Part shown: piece by piece, positions 40,169 to 53,465 of the stretch
Numbering within the stretch: position 1 is the first letter of the stretch
Layout: each line of letters begins with the position of its first letter
NCBI GenBank assembly: GCA_951406725.2
Contig: OX597814.1
Span: 199,888,001 to 199,952,000 of the forward strand
Origin: Octopus vulgaris
Taxonomy: Eukaryota
Length of the DNA: 64,000 nucleotides
Direction of reading: 5' to 3'
Position numbers and translations under genes: made by a program
The notes under the pieces: generated by a model
What the model was told of the DNA's origin: nothing
Databases searched by the model: none
The model's input: the letters and a program-made list of their open reading frames with translations, nothing else

Positions 40169-40524
40169 GGCTGCTGCTGCAGTTGTTGTTGTTGTTGTTC
40201 TTCTTCTTCCCCCTCCCCCTTCTTCTTCTTCTCATCATCATTGTCATCTGCTTGGCTTTTGCTTTGTATTTGTACAAGTTGACTCAAGAGACAGCAAGTT
40301 AGAAGTTCAAGTTGGTGTTATGACTAGGGTGCCATATTTTTGGTTTTGCACAGAGTATTGTTCAAGAGTATGTCTGTCAAAACACAAGAAAATCAAAAGT
40401 TTGGTTTAAAAATAATTTCATGATAAGATGACAGCAGAAGGTGTTTGCTATTATATACATTTAAAAGTACTTTTGATAATGTTTACAGATTAAAATATTT
40501 TTTGAATTATATAGACAATGTTTT

Positions 40525-40800
40525 TTGTAGGATATGAGCAGTTTCCATGAGGATTATTTTATGAATTTCTTCCATCTTTGGATTTCTTGGTAACAACCAA
40601 CCCCTTTTGCTATCATTCCTAGAGCACCAATGATGACAAGTATTGTTTTAGTCTTGAGGCTCCACATTTTGCCAATTTCTATTTCAAGTTCTTGATATTT
40701 GCTCAGATTTTGGTAGGTCTTGACAGATACATTTATGTCGATTGAGACAGTCAAATCAATGAAGAGGCATGCTTTCTGGATATTTGCCATTGAGAGGTTT
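40525..40800 (-). mobile_element. RLE-type (R4/Dong-like) LINE endonuclease relic
   Basis: CLFIDLTVSIDINV..LSKYQELEIEIGKMWSLKTKTILVIIGALGMI. Confidence 0.8.
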
Positions 40801-41017
40801 ATTATTATTATTTTCTTTATTAGTTTCTGTTGCACCACCTGGAGCACCTCTATGTTCCTGAGGTGTGGGCTATGTTATGTTCTTACTTTTATGGGTATTT
40901 TTGTAGACTCATCAATTTGCTTTACTATGGAGTTAAGTTTCTTGTTATATTCGTGTTCATTCTGTTGCATGTGTAATGTGAGTTGTGTTATTTTGTTGAG
41001 CCTTAATCTTGTACATG

Positions 41018-41257
41018 TGGAGGTGCATGGCTTAGTGGTTAGGGGGTTGAACTCATGATTGTAAGGTTGTGGTTTCGATTCCTGGACCAGGCGATGCATT
41101 GTGTTCTTGAGCAAAACACTTCATTTCATGTTGCTCCAGTCCACTCAGCTGGCAAAAATGAGTAACCCTGCGACCGACCAGCGTCCCGTCCAGGTGGGGA
41201 ATTTCTACGCCACTGAAACCGGGAAACCGGCCCTTATGAGCCTGGCATGGCTTGAGA
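41018..41257 (+). mobile_element. tRNA-derived CORE-like SINE
   Basis: tggcttagtgg A-box, ggtttcgattcc B-box, ttgagcaaaacacttcatttc core; tail shared with the family A copies at 1810 and 50957. Confidence 0.8.
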
Positions 41258-41329
41258 AAAAATTTTTTTTTTTAATCTTGTACAGTATATGTTGTGTGAG
41301 CTGTGTTGCTTTAGATTATTAGGTGCTTA

Positions 41330-41586
41330 TTGTATAGGGGTTGGCGAAAGCGATGTGGTGGACAACAAAAAACCTGGCTGATGACAGTCAAGGCTGATCT
41401 GGAATCCAGCCTAGGACCCCATATCTATGGTGTTCGCCGCTGGAATGAGGAGTGGTTGGAGATCACACGGTTGTTAGCCTCAAATCGCCAGGTCTGGTCA
41501 GCGTATGTGAGAGATGCAACATTGAGGATAAATGAAGCCAGCTCAACCCACCCCGGATGAATGCTGTCTCAAGACAAGACAAGAAG
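41330..41586 (+). mobile_element. RTE (BovB-like) LINE 3' end
   Basis: GWRKRCGGQQKTWLMTVKADLE...LASNRQVWSAYVRDA...*, then (caaga)n tail. Confidence 0.8.
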
Positions 41587-41619
41587 GGTGTGTGTTGCAT
41601 GTGGTAATTGTTGCATTTG

Positions 41620-41790
41620 ATCTATTCTGTTTTGTGCAAGATAAGGGCTGTTCCTAGCAGAGCTATCTTTTAGGCAGCATGTACTGTTGCGGGCCCTGGT
41701 ATAGCTTCTATATTTCTTTTCAAATGTTTTTAAATCATGCCTACTGCTTCAGTTACAAGTGATATTGTTTTTATCTTCCTACTTCACATT
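41620..41790 (-). mobile_element. RLE-type LINE C-terminal relic
   Basis: KTISLVTEAVGMI*KHLKRNIEAIPG..*KIALLGTALILHK. Confidence 0.65.
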
Positions 41791-44208
41791 TTGAATTATC
41801 CATATCATCACTATTATTTGCTGCTGACATCTTATCAGATGTGCAAAAAAAAAATCTTGATCTGTGACTACTTGATGTTTTACAAGTGCAACTGAAGGAA
41901 GTAATTTTCATTTTTGATTTCATTCCACATAAAGACCTTTACTGAACGTTTCAAAAGTTCCATCCACTACTGAGATTAGACATCAAGATTGGTTTATTTT
42001 AAAATATTACTTTGCATTTTATTTTACTTTCTAATATCAAGGCATGAAATATAGCTCCTTCTTTCCTTAGATTCACCCCCAACTTCAGAAAGATCACAGG
42101 GAACAATGCAAAACATCTGCTAAACAACAGAAAACAAAATGTAAAACATATATTAATGGACAGACAAAAAATTCAATACCAGAGATTGAAAAAAAAAAAA
42201 AAAACCAACACTCCTGTAGAAAGATACAGTACAATAAACAACATGTTTGAGGATGACAGTAACAGTTGTTACACTTGCACGTTCTTCAACAAACATAAAT
42301 TTCAATGGTGAAAAGCTAACATTCATAAACATTCTTTAACGAAAAAAACATTCACTGAATGAACCAAAGCTTGGCAGCTTTTTGTACACAAGACTGGTGC
42401 CAATCTATCATTATCCATCAGACAAGTACGTGAAAGGAGAAAGGTAACTTACTTATGCTTTACCAAGGCCATGGGAGCTTTTATCCTTTCATCCATGGAA
42501 GACATGGAGATGGTCCGGGCAGATATTTTAAGTGAAATTTCCTCTACTGGGTGGAGAAGGGAAGATGGTGCCATATGTTTCATCTTTGAAATGAGTATGA
42601 GGCAAGTGCAAGCCCAGATTGAATGTGGCACGTATTCAAGCTCATAAGCTGGTCCTGTTATATTTAGCAGGACCAGTCTCCTCTGGCCCCTGGGCTAGTG
42701 GCACATAAAAAGCACCCATTACACTCACAGAGTGGTTGGTGTTAGGAAGGACATCCAGCTGTAAAAGCACTGCCAGATCAGACTGGAGCCTGTGCAGCCT
42801 CCTGGTTTCCCATACCCCAGTCAAACCATCCAACCCATGCTAGCACATTATTATTATTATTATTATTATTATTACTACTACTACTACTCAAAGTCGGTGA
42901 GGTGGCAGAATCATTAGCACACTGGATGAAATGTTTAGCAGTATTTCACTCATTGCTACATTCCAAGTGCCAATTCTGCTGAGATTGACTTTACCTTTCA
43001 TCCTTTTGGGGGTCACTAAATTAAGTACCAGTGAAACACTAGGGTCGATATAATTGACTAGTCCCCACCCTTCAAATTTGAGGCAGTGTGCCACCAGTAG
43101 AAAGGATTATTATTATTATTATTATCATTATCGTTATTATTATTATTGTGTGTGTGTTTCTGTATGTGTATCAGTATTTATATCCTGCAAAATCTAATAT
43201 TTGCTGCCAGCCCTTTCATCTCTGACTCCCCTTCCATTGTACCTGTTGACCATCATTTCCCATTCAGCCATCTCCACATTTAATTTCCTCTCTACATCAC
43301 TCATAATCCTCCCACCTCTCCTCTCCACACCACTCTGAGTTGCTTGCAAATGATGACTGCCACCTCACCCCTCTCCTCATTGCTCTGCCTCCCACTGTTC
43401 ACTAAGATTTTTATATGAAAGTCTTTTATCAGACCATCCTTATCATTTTACCCACCTTCTCTTCTCCACCTGGAGTCATCTTCCTGTTACACAATCCTCT
43501 CTCTCATCTCCTCACCACCCTCAATGTTTGTACAAGCATGGTTCCACTTTCTACTACTATCCTTGTTACTCTTCCACTCACCCACCCACCCACCCACCTA
43601 CCTCACCAGGTCTATATATAAGAGATTACATCAGTCCATCCTCATCGCTCTACCATATTCTTCCATAACGAGGCCTCTGTATATTGAACTGCCTGATATT
43701 CAGTGTTACCTGTTATTCCGTCCTACCCTTTCTGTAATACAATCCACCATTCACTCTTCATCACCTACTCTTGCTTTTGTCCACCTCTGCTATTGTCCAT
43801 CACTTCCTTCCTATTTCTGACTCAATAATTCTGTCTCAACCATCCTACTCTAGATCTTCTCACTCACCCATTCAGGTCTTCTACTTCTCCCCACCTCAAC
43901 CATATTGTTTGAATAAAAATGCATGTCTTACGTTACTGATGACAAGGTGCCCCCTCAAATACTGATGTCCAAGAACCTTCTAGGATGATGGAGAAATGAG
44001 CAGCAGTAAAGTAGGGTCGATAAGTCCCTGAATCCTTTCTCACAAAGGACTTGACAACATTCCTGGTACTGGTTCCACAAAAAAATACACCCAGTACACT
44101 CTACAGAGAAATTGTAGGATTGTAAAGTCCCCTTAAACCTGTCTTGTTGAGTATCTCTAGTGCTGGTGCCATAAGAAAATGCACCCACTACACTTAGTAA
44201 TGGGGTTC

Positions 44209-44471
44209 ATCATCTTCATCGTTTAACGTCTGCTTTCCATGCTGGCATGGATTGGACGGTTTGACTGAGGACTGGCAAGCCAGGAGGCTGCACCAGGCTC
44301 TGATCTGATCTGGCAAGATTTATACAGCTGGATGTTGTTCCTAACACCAACCACTCCAAGAGTGTAGTGGGTGCTTTTTAAGTGCTACCGGCTTGAGGAC
44401 CAGTCAGGTAATACTGGCATCGACCGCGCTTGAATGGTGCTTTTTATGTGCCACTGGCACAGGAGCCAGTC
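44209..44471 (-). mobile_element. RTE 3' UTR (family D)
   Basis: Family D body and (CAT)n tail. Confidence 0.8.
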
Positions 44472-45529
44472 ATCCAGCTGCCAAAATCAAACCAAAATAA
44501 CATGTATCTATAAGCATGTTAATGGTACTCATTAAGAAAACTGTTCAGGTTGCAATTACTTGTCCAGTCCACACCAGCATGGAAAGCAGAGCTGGAATAT
44601 TATTATTATTATTAATGTTGAACTGGTATTAGCACCTTGAGTAAAATTATTTGTGGTATTTCTGTCAGCTCTTGGGGTTCTGAGTTCAAATTCTGTTGAG
44701 GTCAACTTTGCTTTTCATCCTTTGAGTAGGGGGTCAGTCACTAAAATAAGTACCAGTTAAACACCGAGGTTGATGTGACTGACTCACCCCATCACCTAAA
44801 ATTGCTGGCCTTGTGCCAAAACTTAAAAGCATCATTATTAATAATCCTCTCTATTATAGGCACAAGGCCTGATGTTTGGGAGTAGGATAGTCAATTACAT
44901 CGACCCCAGTACTCAACTGGTACTTAATTTATCGACCCCCAAAAGGATGAAAGACCTGAAATTTATGGCACACTGGGGCTAGACAATTACATTGGTATGC
45001 AAATGATACTTAATTTATTAATCCTGAAAGGATGAAAAGCTAGGTCAACCTCAACAAAATTTTGAACTCAGAATACAAAGAGCTAGAAGCATTTCATCCA
45101 GTGTGCTAATTATTCTGCCAGCTCACTGCCTTCTCTCTTAGAAACAATAAGGACACCTATTATTCAGCAATCTTATTTGTATTGCATCTTTTCATTGTAC
45201 AGCACTGTGTATCTTGATATATTTACAGTGTATTTTGTATTTTCTATTGCTGAAAATACTTTAACACAATGCCCTGCAGTGATATTTTGTGTGTGTTGTG
45301 TATATTCATAATTCTTAAGGTTTTGATTATGCATTAATCTGCATCATTTTTAATAATTCCCAAGACACTCACCTAATATTAGAGGGGACTGTACATGTTT
45401 TCTGTCCCCACATTTTGATTATTGCTGTTTGCAGATTTTGATATTTGGATAGTTTCACCATTTCTTCCAGAGATATATAATCATTCACTGGAAATAATAT
45501 GTCGATTAGGCAATATTTCCTAATGGTCT

Positions 45530-45568
<39 letters not shown>

Positions 45569-45775
45569 GTAATACTGATAATGATGATAAGAATAATAAT
45601 AATAATAATGATAATACCCAAAATGGCTTCACTTAATTTCTCTGTATAAATCCAGATTATCTTCCAGGTTATAGTCACTTTGCCGTCCTTTAAAACCATT
45701 TGTACTATCTCTTGTCTGTGGGTATTCCATACTTTCAAGTATATGTAAGTTCAGATCTTGCAAACTCTCTTGTCG

Positions 45776-46016
45776 TTGGGGTTAGTAGCACTGGCTACTA
45801 ACCCCAAGATTCTGAGTTCGATTCCAAGCAGTGACCTGAACAATAACATTAACAATAATAATAACATCGAAAAATACCTTAGGAATAAGAACCCAGGTTC
45901 TAAATTTCCCCAAGGCACCTGAAGAAGGCAGGAGTGGGTATATCAGCTGAAACGTTGTGTTAACAACAAACAAGACAAAGACAAAATATCCGTTCAATGT
46001 AAATAATGTAAATAAT
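45776..46016 (+). mobile_element. tRNA-head element with minimal hammerhead in its body
   Basis: Anticodon-arm-like ggctactaacc plus B-box gagttcgattcc; ggcac-CTGAAGA-aggc..gct-GAAA-CGTT-gtgtt at 45914-45961; (aatgtaaat)2 tail. Confidence 0.6.
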
Positions 46017-46424
46017 TTTTGTTGTTGTTTTTCTCTCCTTTCAATTGCCTCTGTTTTATATTTCTTGTGGTGCCACCTGATTGCTACAGATTCATCCATC
46101 TCCCCTTAATGTGAGTAGCCATGTAGCTCTTATACTACAAGAACCTGTTCTATTCCACCCCTCCTCGTCTGTTAGCATAATGCCCTACCCCCTCAGGTTT
46201 TGTAGGCTTGTATGCCACATGGGGACTTAATTTGTGCCAGTGGCATGAGCAAAGCATGCAGTGTAAGGTAGTTGGTATTACGAAGGGCATCAGACCACAG
46301 AAACCCCACCAAAACGTACACTGGGGTATAATGCAGTCCTTGGACTCTCAGGATCCTTTCAGACCATCCAACCCATGCCAGCATGGAAAATGTACATTAA
46401 AAGCTGCTTTAGTTGATAATGATT

Positions 46425-46829
46425 ACTCTTACTCTTTTACTTGTTTCAGTCATTTGACTGCGGCCATGCTGGAGCACCGCCTTTTAGTCGAGTAAATCGA
46501 CCCCAGGACTTATTCTTTGTAAGCCTAGTACTTATTCTATCAGTCTCTTTTGCTGAACCGCTAAGTTACGGGGACGTAAACACACCACCATCGGTTGTCA
46601 AGCAATGGTGGGGGGACAAACACAGACACACAAACATATACACACATACATATATATACATATATACGACGGGCTTCTTCCAGTTTCCGTCTACCAAATC
46701 CACTCACAAGGCTTCGGTCGGCCCAAGGCTATAGTAGAAGACACTTGCCCAAGGTGCCACACAGTGGGAATGAACCCGGAACCATGTGGTTGGTAAGCAA
46801 GCTACTTACCACACAGCCACTCCTGCGCC
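46425..46829 (-). mobile_element. SINE family C, young full-length copy
   Basis: CpG-retaining copy of family C. Confidence 0.9.
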
Positions 46830-48499
46830 TATTAATCACCTTTGCCAAACAGCTAAGTAACAGGGATGTAAACAAACCAACACTGGTTGTCAAACCATAG
46901 TGGGAGATAAACACACACACACACACATGCACATGATAGGCTTCTTTCAATTCATGTCTACCAAATCCACTCAAGGCTTTTGTTGGCCCAGGGCTATAGT
47001 GGAAGACATTTGCCCAAGGTGCCACACAGTGGCATTTTGTCCGTCTTTACATTCTGGATTCAAGTGCTGCTGAGGTCAACTTTGTGTTTCATTCTTTCAG
47101 GAATATATGATATTCAAAAGCATTTTCTACTTGCAGACGGCCCCTTCTTCTTTGTATTATTTATAGTGAATATAACCTTTCTATGTCACATTTGTTACAT
47201 TTTCTAAACGCTGTCATTAGTTGCCTTGTTTTTCTACTTTGTCTTCTTAATTCACTTAACTTCCAATAATATTATAATTGTAAAATATTACTGGACTAGA
47301 ACAGTGTTTTGCTGTATATTACCTTATTTTTAACATTTAGCTCAATTTATAGCATTAATCAAATTTATCTCTAATATGCCTTCCTAACTTCTTTCATACG
47401 TCTGTGCTGGAATCTATCTAGTTCATTAATTCTAAGAATTTGTAAGACTGTGTTAGGACTAATTCTCTCATCTCTGTTTCTTTATCTAAGATGATATCAG
47501 TGCTTTTAATTAATTTTCCTCTCATCAAAGTTGTCTTGGTACATTTTCCCAAATCAAATTTCATGCCAATTTCCTAACCAAATCAATGCACTGTCTGTAA
47601 CATTGTTTCTGTGTATTTGACATCTTTAGTGCACTAACAAGTCGCCTATACACAGGAGTGAGTTGTGACAGTCATTTCATTGCTCTGGAATCTATATTCA
47701 GTTCAGCTTTTTTATCACACAGGCTTATCTCTCGGCAGAGAAGGAGTAAAGAGAGGTCCCCATGGTATATTCCTCTTCTAATGAGAGTGAATTTAGTTCT
47801 TGCTTCAATCTGTAAATCAGTTTATCTTTTTTATCATTTTATCTTTTACTTGTTTCAGTTATTAGACTGTGGCCATGCTGGAGCATCATCTTGAATTTTT
47901 TAGTTGAATGAATCAATCTCAGTTCTTATTTTTATTTTAAGCCTGGTATCATCATCATCATCATCATCGTTTAACGTCCGTTTTCCATGCTAGCATGGGT
48001 TGGATGGTTCGACTAGGGTCAAGGAAGCCAGAGGGCAGCACCAGGCTCCAGTCTGATCTGGCAGTGTTTCTACAGCTGGATGCCCTTCCTAATGCCAACC
48101 AGCTATCTAGTCTATTAATCACCTTTGCCAAACAGCTAAGTAACAAGGATGTAAACAAACCAACTATGTCAAGCCATAGTGGGAGACAAACACACACACA
48201 CACACACACATGCACATGCGCATGATAGGCTTCTTTCAATTTCTCTCTACAAATCCACTCAAGGCTTTTGTAGGCCCAGGGCTATAGTGGAAGACATTTG
48301 CTCAAGGCGCAACACAGTGGCATTTGTCCGTCTTTACATTCTGGATTCAAGTGCTGCTGAGGTCAACATTGTGTTTCATTCTTTCAAGGCTGATAAAGTA
48401 AGTACCAGTCAAACACTGGAATCTATGTAATTTCCCAGCCCTCGACCCCAAATTCCAGGCCTTGTATCTTGAGTAAAAAGGATAATTATTATTATTACT

Positions 48500-49148
48500 G
48501 TTGAGTGAGAGAGCATGCCACCAAAGTGACATTGGGGTACAAATATATAAAGCCCAATATACTCATTATGACAACCCATCTAATAAGGGTACACCAGGCA
48601 CATTCATCACAACTATATGCACACAACATGGTGATCTCATATCAAGATTAACAGCATATGATCTTGCAGGTGGGGCCTAATTAGAATTTTATTCAGGTCG
48701 AGCAGCCCCATCCCACTCAAATGGTCCCTGAATAAGAGATATTTAAGGATGTTGAATAAAGCATCATATTTCCAGAGGTGAATTATTCAAACCTCAAAGG
48801 ATTCCTCTCAGCGCATGGCTATGATGCTCCCCCAGTACTTCTGCTCATGATCAGAGATGCACATATCGTCAGCCACTATGCGACATGCTCAACTTGTTAC
48901 GGTCAAACAACTGATATGTAAATCTGGTACTGAGCAGAATATTTGCTGTAGCCCATCTTTTACACCAAGACATTATTATTATCTTCCACCAAGGGACATG
49001 CTCAGCTTGTTATGGTCAAGAAATTGATAAGCAAATCTGTGGTATTGAGCAGAGTATTTGCTGTATCCCATCTTTTATACCATAACAAAACATGTACATG
49101 ATAACACCTTCAATCAGTTAAGATCAAAAACCATGAGAACCACTGCAT
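48500..49148. mobile_element. Repeat family E, copy 2, with internal duplication
   Basis: Homologous to 39603-40168; gacatgctca..ttttacacc segment duplicated; flanked by (TAT)n. Confidence 0.75.
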
Positions 49149-50440
49149 CATTATTTATTATTATTATTATTATTATTGAGTGAGAGAGCAATGCATGCCA
49201 TCAATTATTATTATATCTAAAGTGGATTCCTTATGACTTCCTTAACTAGTAACCTATATATAAAACATATGCCACTACATATAATTTTTCTTAATTACAA
49301 TTGTCAACAATAGTCTCAATAAATATTTGGTTGTCAAAGAGCGACAATGTAAACTAATCTATTGTAATTCAGCAGAGTTCAGTAATCCCTTAAAGATAAA
49401 TACAACTGGACAAGATTTACTGATTGCTATATTCCAGAAAGTCTATTTATAAACACTACAGAGAATCATAACAAAACATGTTCAATTAAAAACTCTTCAT
49501 TCATTACTGATTGTTTTAATTCTTTGTGGAAACCATCAAGAAAACCATTTAGCTTGAGAGTTTGAGGTGAATCAGATCGAATTTTATGTAGCTTCTCACC
49601 TAGATTTTGTGATAAGGAACATAGGTGATACCAAAGGTATTGATACCAGCACTTTAAGTTTGTGCAGGGTATGTGGAATATTCCATTTAAATTATTGAAT
49701 ATTATACTGGGTTTTATTGTATAAAACATTTACACATTATTGGAATGAAATTCTCTTACATCTAAACTGTTTTTAGCAGTTTGGTTGTTGGTAAGATTTC
49801 TCTTGTGATATCAACATTTTGATTAATTCCTTTACCATATATATTTGATGAGTTCCAGAAAATTCCGTGAAATTCATTACAAAATATATTAAAACTAGAA
49901 AAAAAAATATCTGACTGTGCAATTGAAAAATAATTTTTAGAAATATCATTAGGGAAAAAGACCTTTTTTTTAAAAAAAAACAAAGGTTGGCAAAAACACA
50001 CACAAATCTATTCAATGAGAAATAGAATTGATGACATCACCAATGACTATCAATACACATTTGCATACGGCAGCTGTTACCATGAATCAACATCTCACAG
50101 ACAGCAAGCAGGCACATTTTAAAGAAACTACCAAACTATCATGTATAATGTGAAGCTTAAAACAAATATTGAAAATGTTTGCCAAAGAATTGACTAGGAT
50201 GCTATCGTGCAAAGAAAAGAGAATGAGAAGTTTATTACGCATAAACTACTATACTGACAAAACTAACTACGCTGTTTAGTAATTCCAAACATAGTCACAT
50301 GAGATAATATATGTATGTACTAATATGAAAAACTACTATAGTAAACAACTGCAATTATGAATAACTGTCATCTGCATGTTTGCCATCACAGACCCACTGT
50401 ATAGAGACCATCAATTCTTGTATAATTCTATTATAAAGTG

Positions 50441-50772
50441 GTTAACCCTTTTGATAACCAACCACCTGAAACCGCCTCTGGCTCTGTAGTAAGAATGTCT
50501 TGTTTTCAAAAGTTCTGAATTAAAATCTTTCACCAAACCTTAGTTACAATTTGTGTCCCTAACACCAGCTTAACGCTTTTGTCACCATATTTCTGTTGAG
50601 ATGTTCTGTGTTTCTTTCAATTATTTTAAATATAACAAAGAATTTAGTAAAATAACTTGGTTATCATTAAGTTACTGTTAGGAAACATAAATTGTGACTA
50701 AAGTTTGGTGACAGATTTTAATTCGAAACTTATGAAAACAAGACATTTGTACACAGAGCCAGAGTCTGTTCA
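50441..50772. mobile_element. Two nested or inverted piggyBac-like MITE copies (37137 family)
   Basis: TTAA-ccctttt start in reverse orientation to ~50570, where a forward copy begins at ttaacgctttt. Confidence 0.7.
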
Positions 50773-50956
50773 AGCAAGGTTCTAATATAGTCTTAGGCTT
50801 CTAATATAGTCTTATGAGAGAATTTGGTAGACAGAAGCTGTTTGGATGTCCATTGAATATGTATTTTTATACATATGAGGAGTGTTTGGCAGCAAAGTGT
50901 TGGTTTGTTTATGTCCTTGTAACAGTTCTGTAAAAGAGCCCAACAGGGTAAGTTTT

Positions 50957-51240
50957 TATTTATGGGCCCGGTTTCCTGGTTTCGGTGGCGTATGTGTTTC
51001 CCCAGCTGTATGGGACGCAAGTCCATCACAGCATTACTCAAGAAACAGGAAGAAAGAGTGAGAGAAAGTTGGGACGAAAGAGTACAACAGGGGTCGCTCC
51101 CCCCCCCCCCTGCCAGAGCCTCGTGGAGCTTTTAGGTGTTTTCACTCAATAAACACACACAATGCCTGGTCTGGGAATCAAAACCATGATCCTCCGACCA
51201 CGAGTCGTCTGCCCTAACCACTGGGCCATTGCACCTCCAC
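50957..51240 (-). mobile_element. SINE family A inserted in a decayed SINE C
   Basis: Homologous to 1810-2089; flanking duplication caacagggt(t)aagt. Confidence 0.85.
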
Positions 51241-51885
51241 AACAGGGTTAAGTACCAGACCTAAAAATAAGGACTGGGGTTGATTTGTTTGACCGAACCC
51301 TTCAGGGCAGTGCTCCAGCATGTTTGCAGTGCAACATCTGAAAGAAGTAGAAGATAAAAGATGGGGTATGATAAAGGTGAGTAGGCTTGAAAAAACCTGC
51401 TTTACTAACAGTCCAGCTCAAAGTGATACCTGCAACACTGAATCTTTGCCAAAAAAAAAGGGATTAAAAATACACATAATAAAAACTAATAGTTGGGTAT
51501 TGAAATGCAATATAAAAATGCTTATTTGCTCCTTTACAAAGCAGAAATGTCAATACATTCTGATTTGACTCATAAAGCATGTAATCAACCTATGACAGGA
51601 CGAAATCTACACATTTGGCAGACTATTCTTTTACTTGTTTCAGTCATTTGACTGCGGCCATGCTGGAGCACCACCTTTAGTTGAACAAATCGACCTCAGG
51701 ACTTATTCTTTGTAACTCCAGTACTTATTCTATCAGTCTCTTTTGCTGAACCACTAAGTCACGGGGATGTAAACTTACCAGCATTGGTTGTCAAGCAATG
51801 ATGGGGGAACAAACAGAGACAAACAAATATATACACATACATATATATATATATATAAATATATATATAATAATAATTATTATTT

Positions 51886-52830
51886 GAGGGAATAAAATCC
51901 AAACTTACAATGAAAAAAATTGTAATAGTAACGTATTGACTGGCATGGTAAGAGAGAAATATATATAAATATATATACAAAATAAGAAAATGGAGAAATA
52001 CATCCAAATCAAATATCAACTACCAGATAATACCCAATCACATACTTTATTAAACCACCTCGTAAGAAACTTTAAGGTCAAACATAATAATATATGACAA
52101 AACAGTGTACATAAAGGAGTGGCAGTATATTGGATATATGTTATCCCATGGAGGGTTGCATTTATCTCAATTTATAAATATATATACATATACACAACAG
52201 ACTTCTTTCAGTTTCCGTTTACCATATCCACTCACAAGGCTTTGGTCAGCCCGAAGCTATAGTAGAAGACACTTGCCCAAGGTGCCACGCAGTGGGACTG
52301 AACCCGGAACCATGTGGTTCGTAAGCGAGCTACTTACCACAGAGCCACTCCTGTACCTGTCAGAAATTTCTGATAAGTATCAAGCGTTATCTGGATTAAG
52401 TTGTTCTACATTATGAAAGATGTCCAAGATATTTATGAGGGGTTGTATGTCATGGCTTCAATGTTCTATTCAATATCGTTGCTAACTTCTGGCTCTTGCA
52501 GTGACTACACAGAGGAAAGCAGCTGCTACAATTATCGAGGCCACTGAACTAATTACTAAATCTTGTAAATACTGGTCAGTCTGTTTCACTTTGTAACAGA
52601 AATTTGCAAGAGTTATTGCCGAGGGGTTTTTCAGTAGCTCTCTCCCCACTCTATCCCTCCTCCTCATCCTTTCTCTCTTATCATGCCAGTCAATACGTTA
52701 CTATTACTACTGATATGTCTACTAAATATATATGTGTTCAGTTTATAGCATAAGAAATACCACAATGTCCATTATTTCTATAATGATAATTTATGTAAAT
52801 ATCCGGTGTAATAAAATTAACTGGAGGTAA
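51886..52830. mobile_element. Penelope-like relic with inverted repeat, interleaved with the two halves of a SINE C (51624-51840 and 52180-52356)
   Basis: gtaatagtaacgtattgactggcatggtaagagagaa (~51922-51958) is inverted at ~52671-52707; gggaataaaatccaaacttaca is inverted at ~11738-11758. Confidence 0.45.
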
Positions 52831-52855
52831 TAGGGACATCGTTTACACAACAAAT

Positions 52856-53465
52856 CATCATCATCATCATTGTTTCACATCTGCTTTCCATGCTAGCATG
52901 GGTTGGACGATTTAACTGAGGTCTGGCGAACCAGATGGCTGCACCAAGCTCCAATCTGATCTGGCAGAGTTTCTACAGCTGGATGCCCTTCCTAACGCCA
53001 ACCACTCCAAGAGTGTAGTGGGTGCTTTTACATGCAAGTTATGCAGTACTGGCAACGGCCACACTCAAATGGTGCTTTTTACGTGCCACCTGCACAGGAG
53101 CCAGTCCAGCGGCACTGGCAACAACCTCGCTTGAATGTTTTTTCATGTGCCACCTGCACATGTACCAGTAAAGTGATGCAGATAACAATCACACTCGAAT
53201 GGTGCTTTTTACGTGCCACTGGCATGGAAACTAATTTGTTGCTTTGACAATGATCATGCTTGGATGGTGCTCTTAGCGCCCACTAGCACGGAAGCCAGTC
53301 ATCGAATTTGATTTCAATTTTGATTTCATTTGCCTCAACAGGTCTTCGCAAGCAGAGTTTAGTGTACAAAGAAGAAAAGGTTCACATAAGTGGGCTGGTT
53401 ACACCCTTGGCATAGGCCACAAAGTTATGGTCTCACTTGGGCCTGCCAAGTCTTCTCAAGCACAG
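52856..53465 (-). mobile_element. RTE ORF2 end plus 3' UTR (family D)
   Basis: Revcomp of the 23513-24130 type, including AVLEKT. Confidence 0.85.

Larger units (their letters stand above)
45200..47790 (-). mobile_element. Old R4/Dong-like LINE (RT to RLE) fragmented by nested SINEs
   Basis: 47790-47400: IRRGIYHG...EIGMKFDLGKCTK..RGKL..QSYKFL (RT); 45740-45370: KVTITW..CLIDILFPVNDYI..KLSKYQNLQTAIIKMWG (RLE); collinear on the minus strand. Confidence 0.65.

Noticed and set aside
42360-42650. GC-elevated island with ~95 open codons on plus and splice-like signals on both strands
   Set aside because: No recognisable protein and no consistent acceptor/donor pair
43925-43970. CTGATGA after a pyrimidine-rich tract as another hammerhead
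   Set aside because: No GAAA and no convincing stems downstream
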